A stretch of DNA of 64,000 bases from Amoebidium appalachense (taxonomy: Eukaryota > Protista > Ichthyosporea). The DNA lies in assembly GCA_963693365.1 (NCBI GenBank), contig CAVNZM010000014.1, positions 5,022,001-5,086,000 of the forward strand. The letters run 5' to 3'. A program made the position numbers and the translations under genes. Positions 40,594 through 53,477 of this stretch are shown piece after piece (the first letter of the stretch is position 1; each line of letters begins with the position of its first letter). The notes beneath the pieces are model-generated. The model made no database searches. It saw only the letters and a program-made list of their open reading frames with translations, and was not told the origin of the DNA.

Positions 40594-42621
40594 GTGTGTG
40601 GGCGCGCGTGTGTGTGTACGTGTGTGCGTGTGTACGTGTATGTGTGTACGTGTGTGTGTACGTGTGTGTGTGCGCGTGCGCGCGTGTGTGTACGTGTGTG
40701 CATGTGTAATGTGTACGTGTGTGTGTGTACGTGTGTGTGTGTGTGTACGTGTGTGTGTATGTGTGTGTGTGTGTGCTCGTGTACGTGTGTGAGTGTGTAC
40801 GTGCAAGTGTGTGTGTGTGTGTTGAGTGCGCATATACGTGTGTGTGTTTGTGTATATGCGTTCAGTGCGCACATGTGTCTGGAAGAAAAATAATAGCTAT
40901 CTGTCCCGGGTTCATCTCCCTCTCTCAAATTCCCACCCTCGGGCTTCGTTCCTCTGTCATTTGTGTGGACCACGTTAACTGCCTCCTAAAGAAAACGAAA
41001 ATGAAAAAAAAAAAACTAGGAACAACGGCTGGTAGTCACGTTTCATAATATTCCTATCCCATAATCTTCTCTGTGTGCCATTTCCTACGCTACTCTTACC
41101 CAAATCTCCGATCGCAGGGTCCAGGGGCACCCGATTATGACACATATGAGTCACTTTTTTCGGGCGAAGGCGTCGACGCACCGTGGAACACGACATCGAT
41201 CAAGCCCCTAAGCGCTGAAATCCCAATGGATAAGCTCGTAATCGGAAAATACTACACGGTGGACGTGGACTCGGTCTCTCCTGGATACGTGGCTGCCGCT
41301 CTGTTGGTGGAAATAATGGACAGGTGGGGTTTTTTGTTTTCTTTTTTTTGTCTTTATTTTCTGTCTTTTCTGTTCCTTTCTTTCTTTTCTTTCTTTGTGG
41401 CCCGAGAGGGAGGGGCTTTGGGGGGGGGGGGGGGGGGGGGGGGGATGATTGTTTTCTTTTTTTCTCTTTTTTTCTTTGTCCTCTTTTTTTTTTTTTGGCC
41501 GGTGAGGGGAGGGAGGAAGGAGATCCGCCGGGCAAAGGGGGGGGGGGGGGGGGGGGGGGAGGTTAGACACTTGTGCGCCCCAGTTGGATATTATATATCT
41601 CAGTAGTCTGTACCTTCTTGGTATTATTGTATATCTATTAATTTATATCTAACGGACAGCTTTCTTCTCAGGGCCAAGACGGACCTAGGCTGGAAAGCAG
41701 GCGTACAGATCTGGAAGTATCAACTCAACGATCCTGTCGCCGAACCAGCGATCAGAACGATTAGCCAATCGCTGCGCCCCAATACAAACCGCGATCTTAA
41801 CGATCGGCCGATCGATGGTGGCGATCAGACGGCGCAATTTAACGAAACGGGGGACCAAGTTATCGATTGCACTTGGTCTGAGTGGGGCGATTGGTCCCTC
41901 TGCAATTGCAATTCCAAATTGGCAATGTCTTTCAGGAACGCAGTATGTGCCCCTGATATTTTTTTTCCCACATGAAATTTCACTATGTCCCCTGCCTGTT
42001 TCCTCAACCACTTCCATAGAGCCCCCCCTCCCCCCCCCCCCCCTGCCTTCCTCCCTCTCCCTCCCTCCCTCCCCTCCTTCCTTCCCCCGGATGAATATTA
42101 GTTCTGCACGTATCTGTTTGCCTTTGTGTATTCGTTTTCGAAGGTTACTCCGGGTCGCATTTTTGTAACAAAGTCTCTGACCCCCACCGTTCCCGTTCCC
42201 CCACTCCTACAACCCGCTCCCCCTCCGTCAGCCTATCATTTAGCGTGCCTTGCCTTGTCCGTCACCAATGTGTACTTCGTACTCTGTAAGATAGTCTAAA
42301 CCCCCCCCTAAGTACTGTTAGTGTCAATCTAACCCTTCCCCCTCCCTCCCCCCCCCTCCCCCCCCCCCCCCCCCAGTCATCCGGGTGCGTTGAGTTCAGT
42401 CGCATCCGTCAGTCAGCTTGCAGCTGTGATGACGTAAATGGTGAGTTTACGACCCCCCCCCCCCCCCCCCCCCTTTCCAAACCAAAAAAGAAAAAAAGGA
42501 AAAAAAGAAAAATAAATGAAAAAACAAAACCTGTTACCTTTCCTTTCCCACGAAGACACGCACAGCACCGCCCTAACCATTCCATTATTTCATATACGAT
42601 GGGGATCACGCGCTGGGGGGG

Positions 42622-42655
<34 letters not shown>

Positions 42656-43753
42656 GGGGGGTGCTAACCATATTTACATACAACAAAAGGTTACACTCTG
42701 TTTCGAGAATTCTACATGATTACGATATTGCCTAATGACCTGTAATATGTAATATTATCGACTAGTGTAGCGTTATCTGATGATCTGAATTTTCGATCGC
42801 AGGTATGCCACGTCAGATCCGGCCGATCGAAGATTGTGTCTGGGCTGATTGGAATGAATGGGGTGTGTGCGATTGCCTTTCCGGTCTTTCTTCATCTTCA
42901 CAATATCCGGTAAGGACCCCCCGCCGCCGCCTTCCCCCGTCCCACCTCCCCTCCCACGTCTACCCGCCTTCCTCCCCCAGCCCTCGCCCACCAAGGCACG
43001 CGTACACACACAAACACTTCCACACAGAAACATTTATATCCACACACTTGCATACACGACCTGTGGCACACACACACGTGCATAGTTCCACACAATACCT
43101 CTGCACGAACTCACCATATTGATCCCTCCCCCCTCCCCCCCCCCCCCCTTCTCCCCCCCCTGCCTCCACTTGACCCCTGTCAACACACACACCCGTCAGT
43201 TTTTTCATTCCCTTCCGGCTCTCATGATCCCTACTCGTAGGAAAAGCTAGTTTTGAGTATCGTATCCACCAAAAGGCCTCCCAACCCCTCCCCCCCAAGC
43301 CTTGTTGCTTTCATTCCCTCTCTCCGTGCCAACATTATGATGGTCCCCAGCCCCCCCCCCCCCCCCCCCTCCCCCCCCCCCCCCCCTCCCCCCATCCCCA
43401 CCATCCCATCCCCTCCCCCACCTCACACCATCTCCCCCTCCCCACCCCTCTCCCCCCCCCTCCCTCCTCCTTACTGCTGCAACTTTAACCCCCGGCCTTT
43501 CCCACTGCCCTTGCCTGCATAAGCAACCCTGCTCGTCTTGATCAAGACGGGTGACCTACCCATGTTCAAGTGAAACAGTATCTGAGTTGGGTTTCGTTAA
43601 CGAGGTGAATAGGTCGAAATTCGGGTACTGTGGATGGCGTGGCCCCCCGCTGAGGATGGGCTCTGCTTATTATGCATACTCTTTATGTATGGCTTGCATT
43701 CTGCATCGTGTTATCCGTTTGTTCTTGTGTACTTCGTACTTTTTGACGCATTC

Positions 43754-43802
<49 letters not shown>

Positions 43803-44021
43803 ACAACTCCCTCCAAAAAAGAAAAGAAAAACTTTTGAATCCTGTGCTTATTTTCCGCTTCATAGATATTTTGCAATTTTTATTTAACCCCCAAGTCCTG
43901 CACCAATACTTCATGATGTTAGTGAAATGGATTTACTGTGAAACATAATTGAGCCCCCCTACCCTCAGCCCCATATGCATCTGTCCACTAACTGATGATG
44001 ACACACACACGCGCGCGCACG

Positions 44022-44096
<75 letters not shown>

Positions 44097-45496
44097 TCAC
44101 ACACACAGGAGGAGAAGTGCCAGATTATGCTCCACACCCGCCAACAACTGTGTGCTTGTGCCAACGCAGCCGGTATCCCCCCCCCCCCCTTCCCCCCCCC
44201 CCCCACCCCCCCTAAAGCTTCCCCTCCTCCCCCCCCCCCCCCCCAGCAGAGGCGCAGCAACCCCTAACCCCCTGACCTTTACACGCCTCTCCCCCCCCCC
44301 CCCCCCCACCTTTCCCACTGCCCTTGCCTGCATAAGCAACCCTGCTCGTCTCTGATCAAGACGGGTGACCTACTCATGTTCATTTGAAACAGTATCTGAG
44401 TTGGGTTTCGTTAACGAGGGGAATAGGTCGAAACTCGGGTACTGTGGATGACGTGGGCCCCCCCTGAGGATGGGCTCTGCTTATTATGCATACTCTTTAT
44501 GTATGGCTTGCATTCTGCATCGTGTTATCCGTTTGTTCTTGTGTACTTCGTACTTTTTGACGCATTCAAACCCCCCCCCCCCCACCTTCCCTTTTCGATT
44601 AGGCTCGATCGTTCTTTCCTAATCAGCAAATCCAACCCCACCATCGTGGATCCAATTTTTTTAGCCTTCCCCCAATTCTTCAACTTCATATGAGATGAGT
44701 CGACAAATTTATCCCCCAACCACGCCCTCACAGGGGTCCATCTCCCTCCTATTTGATGTCCTCCAATAGTCCCTTATAACATTTTGAATTTATAATTATC
44801 TCATTTTTTTTTTCCCGATCATCTTCTATAATTTTTAAGAATTCTCGTAGCTGGAACCAACCATGGAATTGCATTTTAGACTATGTAAAACGTACCAGAT
44901 TTGGTGCAGTTGGTCTTTCAGTCGCTGGCGCTGAACCAAGTGAATTATAATTTTTCTGTACTGAACGTTTGAAGAAAACACTATTTACATAATTATCATG
45001 CAAAAATTATAGCTCTAGCGCATAATTGGTGTACCTTTTTGCTCTCGATGTAACCCTGTTTTTCATATGAATTTGGCCCGGAGACCAATGGCCGCAATTC
45101 CATGGTTTCATCCTCGTTAATCGGGTACCCATGATCAACAGCTTCTCACAAAGTTTCAATCTCTCCCTTACAGCGATCGCACCAAACATCCAATCGCCTT
45201 CGCCTGTCACGACTTCAACGATCCAATCAGAACCCGTCCATAGCCAAAATTCAAATTCCTCTTCTGTGACTGCTGGCGCCGCCGCCGGAGCTGCGATTGG
45301 AGTTTTGGGTCTCGGAATCGTGGGGGGGTTCTTATGGAAACGCAAAAGAGACGAACAGAGACTTATAATGTCAAAGCTGGAATTGTTTAATTTTGCGACG
45401 GAGGAAGGAAGGGGGGCTTTTGGATATTCGGAGGACCAACTTGACGCGGTGGTCAGTCACTACAATTACAATCGGTCGCGGTCGGCTTTCATTTAA
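32692..45496 (+). CDS. Type I membrane protein: signal peptide, GH18-like domain, Thr/Pro mucin stalk, second GH18-like domain, two TSP1-like repeats, TM helix, cytoplasmic tail
   Basis: Approximate exons 32692-33216, 33868-34068, 34391-34489, 34831-35066, 35659-36343, 37958-38345, 39446-39652, 40426-40525, 41125-41322, 41672-41942, 42376-42439, 42803-42909, 44109-44172, 45174-45496 chain in phase. GH18 features: [11 protein letters not shown] / [15 protein letters not shown] / LDGLE, SHSPAAPLF / [20 protein letters not shown] / [21 protein letters not shown] / [13 protein letters not shown]1-like: [26 protein letters not shown]: [22 protein letters not shown] followed by KRKR. Confidence 0.82.
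35045..35310 (+). repeat. Degenerate tandem repeat (~55-60 bp unit) containing an exon-intron donor junction
   Basis: Recurrent GATAT..CATAGAAGGT(A/T)GGTGGGGATGTTTGGATAT units; the first spans the real donor at about 35066. Confidence 0.7.
37031..37304 (+). mobile_element. Dispersed structured intronic element, copy B (subfamily 1, full length)
   Basis: CATAAGCAACCCTGCTCGTCTTTGATCAAGACGGG...GGGCTCTGCTTATG...CATTCAAA then poly-C. Inside the GH18-gene intron 36344-37957, sense. Confidence 0.8.
37542..37685 (+). mobile_element. Decayed copy H of the intronic element with an internal (TGTGT)n expansion
   Basis: GGGCTCTACTGATGATGCATCCTCTCTGTGTG...TCTGCACTGTGTTGT...CCGT, ending before poly-C. Confidence 0.45.
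43509..43755 (+). mobile_element. Dispersed structured intronic element, copy C (subfamily 2, full length)
   Basis: Same termini and conserved blocks as copies A and B, with diverged internal stems. Intron 42910-44108, sense. Confidence 0.8.
44322..44570 (+). mobile_element. Dispersed structured intronic element, copy D (subfamily 2, full length)
   Basis: Near-identical to copy C. Lies in the next intron (44173-45173), sense. Confidence 0.8.
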
Positions 45497-46167
45497 GGTA
45501 CTCAGGTTACGCTTTTATGTTATATTTACTTGATATATGTGTTCTGCGCTGTGGAGGTTTTTGCTCGGCTGAGTTTGCAACTGTGCATTATGCTGCGGTA
45601 TAAACGAACAGTTGCTTTATAGTAATTCCGCATGATACAAGTGCTTGAGGGGGTTTTATACCTTGTGTAACCCGTTTAGTTTCCCCAAGTCTCTCCCTTT
45701 CCGTGTATATATTATGTCGTCTGAACACACGCCTGCTTCAATCTTCTAAACACAACAGATTTTAGTCGTATCATTAGGATAGGGTTTCATTATTATCAAG
45801 GCCAGTTCTTATCCAATGATACGCAGAGTTTTTGGCTTAGAGAATGAAGGAAAATATCTATTGGTGCCCTAACACCTAGCAGCTAATTATATCGAGACGG
45901 CACTTTCCACTTATGGACACTGCGTCATGCGGCTTATCCCTGCCTGCCTGTAGATATACCCACTATCCCAACACACGCATTTTTGGGATATATATACCAA
46001 TCGGCGACACCTGTATAGTACACACGCATATCGAGTATGCTGTCGCTGTAAATATAACTAACATTTCAACCCGATAAACCGAGCAGTTTGCGGGAAAAAA
46101 GGTGTGCTCCCGAACGTGCCCCTCTCCCCCCCCCCCCCCCCCCCCACCACCACCACCACCACCCACC

Positions 46168-46226
<59 letters not shown>

Positions 46227-47085
46227 TACTTCCACCCACCCATTCACCACTACCACCATGCAGCCTGAATCCCAACCCCCACCCCAACTCCGGCCACCCT
46301 TCTTTCTCTCTTCTTGGAGTGCTGGGACAATATTTTACAATACCGCAAGTCCACATAGTGTTCGGTAGTGCAAATACAGATTAGCCTCAACACCAGGTTA
46401 AGTAGGATCTCTTACCCCGCCTGACTACCTCCCGAAAACTGAAGGCGGGGGGGGGGGGGGGGGGGGGGGGGGATGGGGATGTGTGGAAGGGGAGGGGAAG
46501 GAGGGGAAGGGGGGAGGGGGGGGGGGGGGGGGGTAAAGCAACAAGAAGATTGAGCCGAGATAATGCATGTTGGAATTGTACAGGTACAAAACACAGTGAT
46601 TATAGTGGGGAAGTGTGATTCAGCCGGGAAGGCCGTGTGCTAGGGAACGACTAGTAGGGCCTTGACACATTGGTGGTGACACTTGGTGTTTCGTTTTTCC
46701 CTAAATTTTCAGACTGTGTATACGTGCTAATACGGCTGAGTCGCTACGACTAGAGACTGTGTGTGCCACTGGAGTTGATTTATATATTGTTTTTTTTTTT
46801 TTTTTTTTTTCTCAGGGATGGTGGTACCATGGTGGTGGAACATCATGGTGGGGAAGGCGGGGAGGAGGGAGAATTTCGCGGGGGAGGAGGGGGGGGAAGG
46901 GGGGGGGGGGGGAGGGGAGGCCGGAGGATTTTCGTTTGACAATGTCATGATGAAGTGGGGGGCACATAAACCGAGAGGCAGTTGGAGGGAGGGGGCTGGG
47001 AGGAAAGAAGAAAGAAGGAAGAGGCGCGGGAAGGGGAGAAATGGGAGCTCTCGGGGGGTTAGGTGCGTGTGTGTGTTTGTTGGGG

Positions 47086-47127
<42 letters not shown>

Positions 47128-47503
47128 CTCCAAACCTCGGCTACTTGAAGGGAAAACATTTGAACAACTTCGACATTGTCACAATGTGCTACGTATGGAG
47201 GGTAGGGAGAGAAGGGGGGGGGGGGGGGGGGGGGAGGGGGGGGGGGGAGGGGGGGTTTGGTTCTGCATGTATCGTACGTCAAATCAACACTTACTACTTC
47301 AGCTAAGTCTTACGAAAGTGGTGGTGGGAAGGTCGAGGGGTGGATATGGTGTTTGGGGGGGGGAGAGGGGGGGAGGGGGGAGGGGGGAATGATGGGAGGA
47401 GGGACACGGTGGGTTGTAGGGCTTGACCGGGCCCGACAGCCTGTGAGGGGGCCGGAGAAGGAGCTCGGAAATTCCATACATTTAGCTAGTGGGACGTCGA
47501 CTC

Positions 47504-47542
<39 letters not shown>

Positions 47543-49143
47543 GGGGAGGGGGGGGGAAGGCGGGGAGGGATGCTCATTCGTATACACACGCAGGGCTTGG
47601 AACCTAGAATCAGCCAGGTCTGGGCCGGTTAACATGTCTTCGAATTCGCGCAACGGTAGGAATATAGAATCATCAGCACGTGAATTCGAAAGTCCATGTG
47701 TCATAGTAATAATAAGGATGCATGGCCGGAAACCCGCGCGGGTGACGTGGCTGCGATAGATGATGACTCACTGTGTGTGAAACCGTGACTCAACGTTGGC
47801 AAACAAACCTTTTCTACAAAAAAAGGCTAACCGAGATGAAATAGCCACCATTGCGCCAAAGTGGGATCAAGGTATGCGCAACAAACACGCCAAGTATTAC
47901 AATTGTTATCTGAGAAACCTCGCGCGCGGGTGACACACACTGACACGGCCCGTTTTTGAGGGCCTAGGACACACCAAGAAAACCAATGCCCGTGGCGCGT
48001 TCAGAGTCCACTCGCAACGTAACGCGGGTCACGGTTAGTACGTGCCGTTGCGCGCATGCACGTGCACGTTGACATGCTACACCTAAGCATTTGGCCCCCC
48101 GCATACTGAAAAGAGCTAAGCATGAACTCCCGACCGCTAACTGGCAATACATCAAAACGATTAATTACAAAGTGTATAGTGTTTTTGGTTAGATTTCGAC
48201 AAGGAAACACCGATAACTTGGTGGTGGTTTTTTGTGTGGCCACGGCCCGCGGATTTTCGAAGGCGGTTATATTGCATGCCATTGATCAAAACACAAACCC
48301 ATATATGGTTGTTATGGCACCAAATATAGGCAACAATAAAACCAAATGGATTTCATCCAATCGGATGCCGTCGTCAGACTTGTGAAGAAAGCAGAAAACG
48401 CCTGCGATTGGCTAACCCTGTGAGCGGAATGCAACTGATAAGCGGATGTCGGAATCCTCATCTGTATGGTGGCTTTCAAGTTTTGTAGCACCAAAAAGGC
48501 AACTCCTCCACATTATTCATTAGCGAATTGGGTCAAAATCACGCGTGTGTATGATGGTGTCATGGACACAAGTGTGACAAACAAAACCCATTTGGACGAA
48601 TTCGAATTCACTCAGTCTGTCGGTCGCACATATGTGCCACGCGACTAAAACTGTTTCACAAGTAAAACACACGCATGGTTGCTTTGACTAGCACACTTGC
48701 AAATACTAAAAACAAGTTGTAGAAATAAGTAGCGGTGTATGTTTGGATGTAAGATTATAGAGGGGACAATCGGATGTGTACATAGTGTAGCTCTAGCGAT
48801 TAGGATTACTGTTGTGTTGGGTTAGCAGAATCATGAAGAGTGCTAGCTAGGCAGCTCTGCACAAACAAGCTTGACAAGGGCAACGGGAAATGACGTGTAG
48901 GTGTAAATAGTAGAAAAACAAAAACGCAAGTGAATTCGAAAACACAACTACCAAACACACACACAGAACAACACACACAACATTTTCTCCACCACTCCTC
49001 CAAATTGACACACTTATCCAGTTACCTACAATGCACACGTTGTAAATGCTATCAAACACATGAGCAACTCCACACACAAAGTCGAAAATACCACACTTTA
49101 GGTAAGAGAGAGGGAAAACAGCGGGAGGGGAAAAGAAAAAAAA

Positions 49144-49489
49144 ATGGAACACGAAGGAATGCTCAGCAGTATGTGCCGCGAATACCACCACCCGCACGCA
49201 GGGGGGATGTCGAGTGGAATCAGTCTAGACGGAAGCGGGCTAGACCCACACACAGCCGAATTGGCCTCTGCGCGTCTGTACAACTTGCAACAGCAACTAA
49301 ACCAGTTGATGATGGCACAACAGATGCGCGGTGACTTGGGTGGGAGCATGGGTTTTGACAGTTCAGGAATTTTCAGTCCGGAAACGGGAGGGTTGGGAGG
49401 GATGTCGCAAACGCCGATGGATGTGGACCCGGACACACAGGCGTTGTTGGCGCAGCTGCTGGGTGACCAAGGTGTGTGTGTGTTTTGTT

Positions 49490-49551
<62 letters not shown>

Positions 49552-50244
49552 GTGGTGGTTTCTCCTTGTCTTTTTTCCCGTGTGTTTCCGGTGGATGTTA
49601 TTGTATTTTGTTGCTTTATTTGGCCATGGTACTACTGAGGGTTTTCAGTGTACTGTGGCCTTTAGCTAGGACAGTTTTCTTTCTGTGATTGCCGTGTTTT
49701 ATGAACGAAGCACTTTTGTCCTCTAATTCTTACCACTGCCTTTGTTTTCACTCAGACTAAAAATGGGCAAAAAGACACAATTGCACAGTGAATAACGCTG
49801 TCTTGGTTGGGATGCACTTAAACTACTTGATTTTTGTGGGTCGGAGCATGCTGTTGTTTGGTGGTGGAGCAGGGGGAGATGGTGGAACTAGGGAAAACGT
49901 GCGTTCGTCACTGCTGTTCAAGTTCATGTAAATGCCTGTGGACCATACCTACTTGATTTTTGCATGTCTATGGATGTTTGTAGTTTGTGTGCTGTCTATG
50001 GTTTTGTGTGTGTGTTCCCGTTAAGGCTGGGAATGAAAAGTGTTGACGTACTCTTAAAGGGTGTGAAAATTGTGAGGCTAAACATGTGCGTTTAAGTAGT
50101 GGAAAAGAGAGAATGTACTTCGGAATCAAGAAATGAGAGTCGAAAGACAGCTGTGGCATATCGTTTTGGACGGATAACGATGTAAGACATCGGAAAGAAA
50201 CAGGATAATTGAGTTTTATTGAGGCCATCAGGAGGGCTTTGTGT

Positions 50245-50295
<51 letters not shown>

Positions 50296-51622
50296 GAAGG
50301 GGGGAAGGGGTTTAGGTGGTGGTGGTCATGGGCGTGATGGTTGTGGGTGGGAGAGTGGGCTGCGGAGAGGGGGGGGGGGGGGGGGGGGGGGAGGGGGGGA
50401 GAATGGAAATAGGGAATATTAATGAAAGGTAGATTTCCACAAAGTCTTCTGATAACCTTCCTTGCTACCCCACTTCACCACACCGCCATTCCCCACCCAT
50501 CTTCCACGAACACCACCCTTTTTCGTAATTAAGCACTAACCAACCAATCAAAACACCTTCCAGACGGTTCTCTCGGTATGCTCTCTGGCGACCCGCTCGC
50601 CGCTCTCTCGTCATTGGTCGGTCCGGGCCCTATGAGCGACCATTCGACCAATGGGATCAACCCATCTATTCTTCAGATGCAAAATTCGGCAATTTCGACC
50701 CCCCCGGGGTGTTTTACCGTGGGTGTTCCCCCCCCAGTCAATGTGAACGTGCCCATGGCCCACATGATGACACCCAACACCTCCCCAATGCCGTTTGCGC
50801 AAACGGGTCCTGGCGGCCAACCGAACGTTCCCCATGGTAACCTTTTTTGGTAATAACCCCTCCCCTAGCCCCCTCCCACCCAGCTGCCCCTCTTCTTCTT
50901 CGGATCTATCTATCCGCTGCCTCTCAAAAAGGCCCTGCCCATTTCTCCATCCTCGCGTTAACCCCCCCCCCACCCCACCCCACCCCACCCCACCGTGGCC
51001 CCGCACACCACCATCACCCCACCTCACCCGTCCCCCCCCCCCCCCCCCCCCCACCTTTCCCCTCAAACACTCACAACACGAGTTTTCACCCAGCCAAATC
51101 CCGTCCTCAAAAGATGGAAAAACAAAATATATAACAAAAACATGATCACTTCGGTGGTTGTTTCATATAAAAGAACAGGGGGTTTGGTGCGGAAATGAAG
51201 AAAGCGGGAAATCTGGTTAAACCGACAGTTAGGCACACAGAAAACAGGCACCCAGAAAATAGGCACACAGAAAAGAGGCACACAGAAAATGTGACGGAGA
51301 AGAGGAGAAACAGTTCTTGTGTTTGCTGCTTCTCCCTTTGCTGCTTCCCGGATTGCTAATCTGCTCATGGGTGTATGTGCACCACCCACCATCGGCTCAC
51401 TCCTACGTGACTAGAAATATCTTCCTAGTTTTTAAGTGAACACTTACACTTCCCCCCCCCCCCCCCCCCCTCCCCCCCCGCCCGCCCCTCCCCACAGGAA
51501 TCTAAGGGCTAAGATTGGTGCCTGTCTAACCCCAAGGGCTGCCCCAATTCCCATCAAGTGTAAGAGTGGTGGGTAAGTGCTCCCCCTCCCCCCTCCCCCC
51601 TCCCCCCTCCCTCCGCAATCTC

Positions 51623-51695
<73 letters not shown>

Positions 51696-53477
51696 CCCCC
51701 CCCCCCCCCCCCCCCCCCACACACACACATTCCCTCCTCCTCCCCTCCTCTCTCCTCCTTCTCTCCCCCCCCAAAGGGCATCCCCAGTGCCTCCCAGTCC
51801 TTCTCTTCTCTTATTTATACATCAATAAACCCCGCGATCCTTCACTTCAACCTATGAATGATCCCCTGCTCTCTGATTGCAATCATTAACAGATTCCTGC
51901 CCTTTCTTCTTCCACTTATTAATAAACCCCTCCCTTTTGCTTAATTTTTAAACCCCCACCCCGTCGTATTTCGTATATTCACAAACTCCCGCCTTTTTCC
52001 ACAACAGCCCACCAGCGCCGCCTCTTCCCCCACCACCAGAGGAGAAGAAAGAATCCGACAGTGAAAAATTCGATGATGGTAAGCACCCCCCCCCCTCCCC
52101 CCTCCCCCTCTTCCCCTTCTTCTGGCCGCTTTTTCTCTCATTTTCAACACCCTCTCATGCTCCCGCTCTCGTGTTTCCTTCTACCATATGTGCTCGTCAT
52201 TGTATCCATTCTTTAAAAATCCCTTAAAACCCCTTTCATTCCCTGGTTCTTCCATCTGGAGCTATTTATGGTGCACGTTCCTCCAATTCACACATCCCCA
52301 GTCATTCTCCACGCAAACATTTTGATATTTAGCCACTTACATTTTATTTCAACTACCTTTTGCTAATTACCCCCCATCTCCCTTCAGAAACAATCGACCT
52401 AATACACACATAATCTCTCTAAAGTTCTCTAATCCCTCAGGTTCCATTCAGGAAGCAGCCCCCCCCCCTACAAACACACACGCGCACCCATCAACCAACC
52501 CACCCAAAACACAAACCCACCTCTAACACTCCTTTTTACCATGTATAGCCGCAGCCAAGAAGCAGCGTCGCCGCCGCTCCTTTAAGGAACTGGTACGGGA
52601 CATTCAGTGCCGGCACGACGGATGCAACCGTGTCTATGCAACAGAGAGCTCCCTCCAGACCCACATCCGCTTAAAGCACGGCAACATACGCCCGCCCGGC
52701 GAACCCCCAATCCGCACGCGCCTCCGACGAATGAAAAAGTCGTTTAGCGGCTCAAACCTCTCTGCTATTGGTTCAACGGGAAGCATGCAGGAATTTGCAA
52801 TGGGTATGAAAGGGGGTGATGATAAGACGCCAACCGGATTCGGGTTCGGCGGCCTACAGTCCAATGACAGCATTCTGATTCGTCGGCCAAGAGCCAATAC
52901 CATGCCGGGAATGTACGGAAATAGGGCAAGCGGTAGCGACAGCAGTATGACCCCAGGGGGTATGGGGGGATTGGACCCCCGAAATTCGGAATCTCTTCCC
53001 CCGCTCGGCTCCTCCTCGTCTTCTGCGTCCCTGAGCGCAATGTCCGATTTCGGAAATTTCACGGAATTTTCAGGCATGGCGAAACAAGAGGAGATGGAAA
53101 TGATGCGTCGTGGGTACAATTCGGCCAACAACCTTCAGATGATGTCGGGAAATAACGTTCTCGGATCGCGATCGTTTCCTGCTGTCGAATCGGATTTCCG
53201 TACCAGGGGTATGGATGGGGGGATCAGAAACAACGTAAGTTGGCTCTCGATTGGAGAGGAGGAGGAGGAGGACGACGAGGGATATATTTTCGATGAAAAT
53301 ATGGCTGGGGGGGCTTTTGGAGAGACTCCGGCTATGAACAGGGGGGTCGTACGCATGGAAGATGACGGCGATTCGGAGCCCTTGCCTCTGGATGGGCTCG
53401 AAATTGAGTGGGACGCAAATGAACTGGCGAGTATTTGCAGTGATGTTGATGCTGTAATTTCGGCATGTCAGCAGTAG
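49144..53477 (+). CDS. C2H2 zinc-finger transcription factor with a single finger (fungal Con7-like arrangement) and Q/G/M/P-rich low-complexity regions
   Basis: Approximate exons 49144-49471, 50564-50849, 51498-51573, 52008-52077, 52549-53477. [41 protein letters not shown] is a basic stretch followed by C-x4-C-x12-H-x4-H. Acidic C-terminus. The middle exons are less certain. Confidence 0.78.
51231..51290. repeat. 15-bp tandem repeat, 4 copies
   Basis: AGGCAC(A/C)CAGAAAAN four times, intronic. Confidence 0.8.

Noticed and set aside
43509-44570. CRISPR-like array from repeated copies
   Set aside because: The repeats are ~250 nt, dispersed and irregularly spaced, in a eukaryotic intron context with no cas genes.
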